Origin: Lophium mytilinum
Taxonomy: Eukaryota
NCBI GenBank assembly: GCA_010093605.1
Contig: MU004199.1
Location: 682,001-746,000, forward strand
Reading direction: 5' to 3'
DNA: 64,000 nt
The notes under the pieces are model-generated. The model was not told the origin of the DNA. It saw only the letters and a list, made by a program, of their open reading frames with translations, and searched no databases. Below are positions 60,311-64,000 of this stretch, piece by piece; positions within the stretch are counted from its first letter, which is position 1, and every line of letters starts with the position of its first letter. The translations under genes were made by a program, and so were the position numbers.

Positions 60311-63300
60311 ATGTTCCTCCGCGTAGTTGTAAATTATTCGTAATTTAAGGTCCCAAAATTAGACAAAAGGGGTCTGAGGTACAGTGAATAGCTTTGAAGA
60401 GGTTGTGAAGCACTCCGGACACAAAATGGTCCTTCTTGTTGGGAAAAGTAACAAATCTAAGTGCATGGTCACTTCATTCGCACACGCGACGTGCGCTCCG
60501 CATGGCCTCGGGGTAAGCACATAGATGAGCAGAACAGCCAAAACACGATATGATAAGCATGGGCTCAGGAGCACGGTGTACAGTCATGTGATCCCATGAG
60601 GTATCCCGTTGCTATTGCTAGCTATGATACACGTTGACGCCGTCTCAGCGTCCGCAGCCTGAAGTATCCCAAGGAAGTATGAAACATGTACCGCACGCCC
60701 TGCTTGTCTCCTCGTTCTGCAAGTCCTCGCTCTCCCCTTAGAAACGCTGTATGAGATGGTGGTGGGTTTAATGCGAACCCTCGTGTGGTCGGAGGTCGAG
60801 TCGGATGGGGGTGATGAGAGGGTGCCATTGGGCGAGGAAGGTGATAGCTGGATCGCGAGTTAGTGGGGGTCTTTAAATCGAGAGATGGTTGAATGGGGAT
60901 GTGGCTGGATGTGGAGCTGCAGAGACGTGCAGATGTGCAGACATGCAGAGGGCAAAAAGGGCGAAATACGTACCCCACATGAGAAACATTGACACAGCAG
61001 AAAGTAGAAGAGTTGATCGCCAAACACTGCTTCCGAGTTAGCATGGTATTCATATATCCGTGTCCGCCTTGCTGCGTAAGTCTGCCTAATGGTCCTTCTC
61101 CGCCGTCGCATTTATCACTGCGTCATCCGTGTCCGATGGCGCCAGGCCTTTCCAGAAAGTCTTATAGACTGAGATCTCTTCCACATGATAACCCCATCTG
61201 GATTACACCGTGAGATCGTCTCATGAGCCAGACGACTGAGGCTATCCGGACCGGAAGAAGCAAAGACGATATTCGAACGGAGCGACCGTCGACGGCGGCG
61301 GGTGGCACACGGAGGGCAAGGTATATACGGTATCGAAGCCGGATTCCAGGACTGGGGAAAGAGGGGGCGACTCACGTCTGGGTCTCGCCCTTTGGCGCAA
61401 CGAACCACGACACGACGCAGAAGATGAGGACGACGACGAAGCCGACAAGCAGACTCCAACTGCCAGATAAGCGTTGTTAGCGGGGATCTCCGAAGTCGAG
61501 GATATGAACAAGCTGGAAAGCATACCCGTTAGCCATGGTTGTGAGGGTTGATAGTTACTGGTGTCGTTGATGGAGTGTAGCTTTGGTGGAGCTCCAGCAA
61601 TGACGCCGGGGTGGATGGATCTCGATTGGCTTAGTGCTAAAACGGTCACGTGCAAAAGATGCTCTTTCCCTATTACATACCCGCTAACATATCCAGCACA
61701 ACATCACTTCATCCGACTGGTTTTATGAATACAATCTGCCTTGCAACTGGTGGTTCAAGTAGTGAATTGGCATGCTAGTTGTCTTTAGTGCCGTTCAGAC
61801 GATAACATAACTATTTTAAGACCCTGTCGTAGAGTACTTATTCCATTAGCTATTCCCCATTCAACCTTGTTCGCTCCACCAAAATCCCCAGCAAGTAAGA
61901 CATCAATGCATCTCTACCAGCTTTGAGGAAGCTTTTCTCGACTCTCCTTCTGTGTCTTCTGATGCACCATTTCTTCTGATAAACAACGGGCCCACTTCTT
62001 CTCCATTCGAGATTCACATTTCCATCGCCGATTCGCTTGTTGTCTCCTCTGTTTTGCTCTTTTCCAGTCGTATTCCTATGTGTACAGTGTTACAATGAGG
62101 CTACCTAGCGATGTAGCTCTGTGATCTCCAGATGTCTCTTCCTTTTCTGGCAGCTGAGAACAGCCTTAAGAACTTCGCCACCACCATGCTGGAGATTGCT
62201 TTCATTATCGACCTCAGGCGTGCCGAGGCTTCTTCACTCCCCTGCCGTGTGCCGAGTCTGCCTTGCGCTTCTCCGGTGTCATGGCCCTGGAAAATGAGGC
62301 GGTTTCGCACGCGTGGCTTGCAGCCTCACGCATCGTTGAAGTACCGAAAGGAGCCAGAACGTCGATCAGGAACACGAACCAATCAAAACACTCTTTTTCT
62401 GAGAAAGTTTCCCTCATCTCTTCCAGAAAATTATATCTTTGCATGATTGGATATACTGACTCTTAATCATTAGACGTTCTCTCATTGGCCGCCTCCACGC
62501 TTTGACCTTGCTATCTGCAGCACATTGCAGCCACTGGCGCTGCGTATTCCCACTGCATATTCTCACCGCTCCCTGCAAATTTCACAGGAACTCGAGCATG
62601 ATCTGATTGTTGCATAGATACTGGCGAGGCCTACACCATCGAATCCGGAGCGATTTGATTGTTGTGGTTTATGAAATGCGTTCGGGACTGGTTCTTCTGT
62701 GCAAGGTTTCTCTTGACTTCGACATATATAAAGTCAATACTAGATCCCCCTTCAAAGGCGGATCTAACGACAAGACGAGAATACCTCGCCAGCCAGGACC
62801 GGTCGTACGAAATAGCTTTCTAAAACCCGGACAATGGGTACCACGAATTGCAGCCGAGATTGCTCTCACACAAATACAGTGTGTCCGTAACGCAAAATTA
62901 CTATGCCGTCGAAACCGTTATCGTCTTCCTAAGTGGTGTCCCGCTATCTGCAACCATTAGGTTAGCGTCAAATGCCTACATACGAGTCATTTTCAGCCTA
63001 CATAGGCCTCCTCGTTCACCGACTTCAGGTCTGACGCCGTTCTAGACCTGAGTTTATCCCTTCGACTGTCTTGCCGGATGGCAACTTTGTGCTTACACTG
63101 GTTGCCAAAAGTTTACGATCTTCCACTTGTCAGGAGAAGAGGGTAGGTTTGAGCTGCTTCCAACTGCACGATGAAACGTGCTTTGTCTTATATTCCAACT
63201 GCTCTCGTCTTCAAGCGTGGCTTATTGAGCGTAGGACGGCGAAGCATCCGGGAGAACCTGGTCCCAGGCTGCGAACATTCAGACATGGCGCACTGATCAA

Positions 63301-64000
63301 CACCAATCAACTGACTTTGAAAACCCCGTCCGAAGCACGCCTCATCTTAGCTCATGCAAGAGCAAAGGCCTAGGCATAGAGAGGGTTGTTCCCTGTTCCA
63401 CCGCTTCACCCTCCAAGCGCAATAAGTGGCCACAGCGGAAGCTGCGAATCATACAACCCTCGCTGCCCTCCAACCATGCGTCCTCTGCGCATCGGTGTCC
63501 TGGAATGATATTGTCCAGCTGTGCTTTCTTTCTGTTAGGCTACCTATCACTATCCTCCTCCTAATGCCCAACTCGGATCTTGAACTCCTCCCCAATAGTA
63601 ATCATGAGGCGTACTTTACGGCTCCAACTATCTCGTCTCACCTTTCCGGTCACAGTTAGAGCTATCACAGTCGTCAGAAGCTCATGATCGACTCAAGACC
63701 CTCCACGCGTTCGCTGCGGATGACATACACGCCCAGCCACTTCGGACAACTGTGCGCTACCCTGTGCATGCCGCCAGCACATCGTGCAGTCACCTCTGTT
63801 GCCTTGCAATTTTTCACAGCTCCTAGACCCGGAGGAAATGGCTTAGAGACGTTGCCTCACTCCGAACCAACCTAGCGGGAAGTCTATCGTGCGACGACAT
63901 ACGACATCTTGCGTAACTTATTGCGATTTCTACCTTCTGGTGACTCGGCAAATCGGCAGCTTGCCGATTGTTCTTGGTTTGGTGCATATAAACACCATGT

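Noticed and set aside
60600..64000. Scattered short ORFs at the window end
   Set aside because: No domain, codon bias or consistent splice structure that I can support.

Overview
Eukaryotic DNA from a filamentous ascomycete (Pezizomycotina, probably a Dothideomycete), judged from short GT-AG introns with CTAAC/CTGAC branch points, Zn2Cys6 factors, and HET and PTH11-type genes. About 21 protein genes are supported. Conserved: Msb2-like mucin (with an in-frame stop), SEC27, EED, a PAS protein, DUR3, AIM41, ARV1. Accessory: two transcription-factor/oxidoreductase pairs, HET-6-like, alpha/beta hydrolase, RING proteins, cupin. There is one intron-containing tRNA-Leu(CAA). The most unusual region is an island at about 45.0-52.6 kb between DUR3 and the tRNA. 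It holds two TA-flanked CAGT...ACTG MITEs whose internal ~151-bp unit varies in copy number, a 53-bp minisatellite, an intact intronless Upf1-like SF1 helicase, and an inverted tandem array built from a related unit. Decayed copies of this repeat family lie at about 20.1 and 34.9 kb. All calls come from reading the sequence by eye; no searches were run, and exon boundaries are manual.
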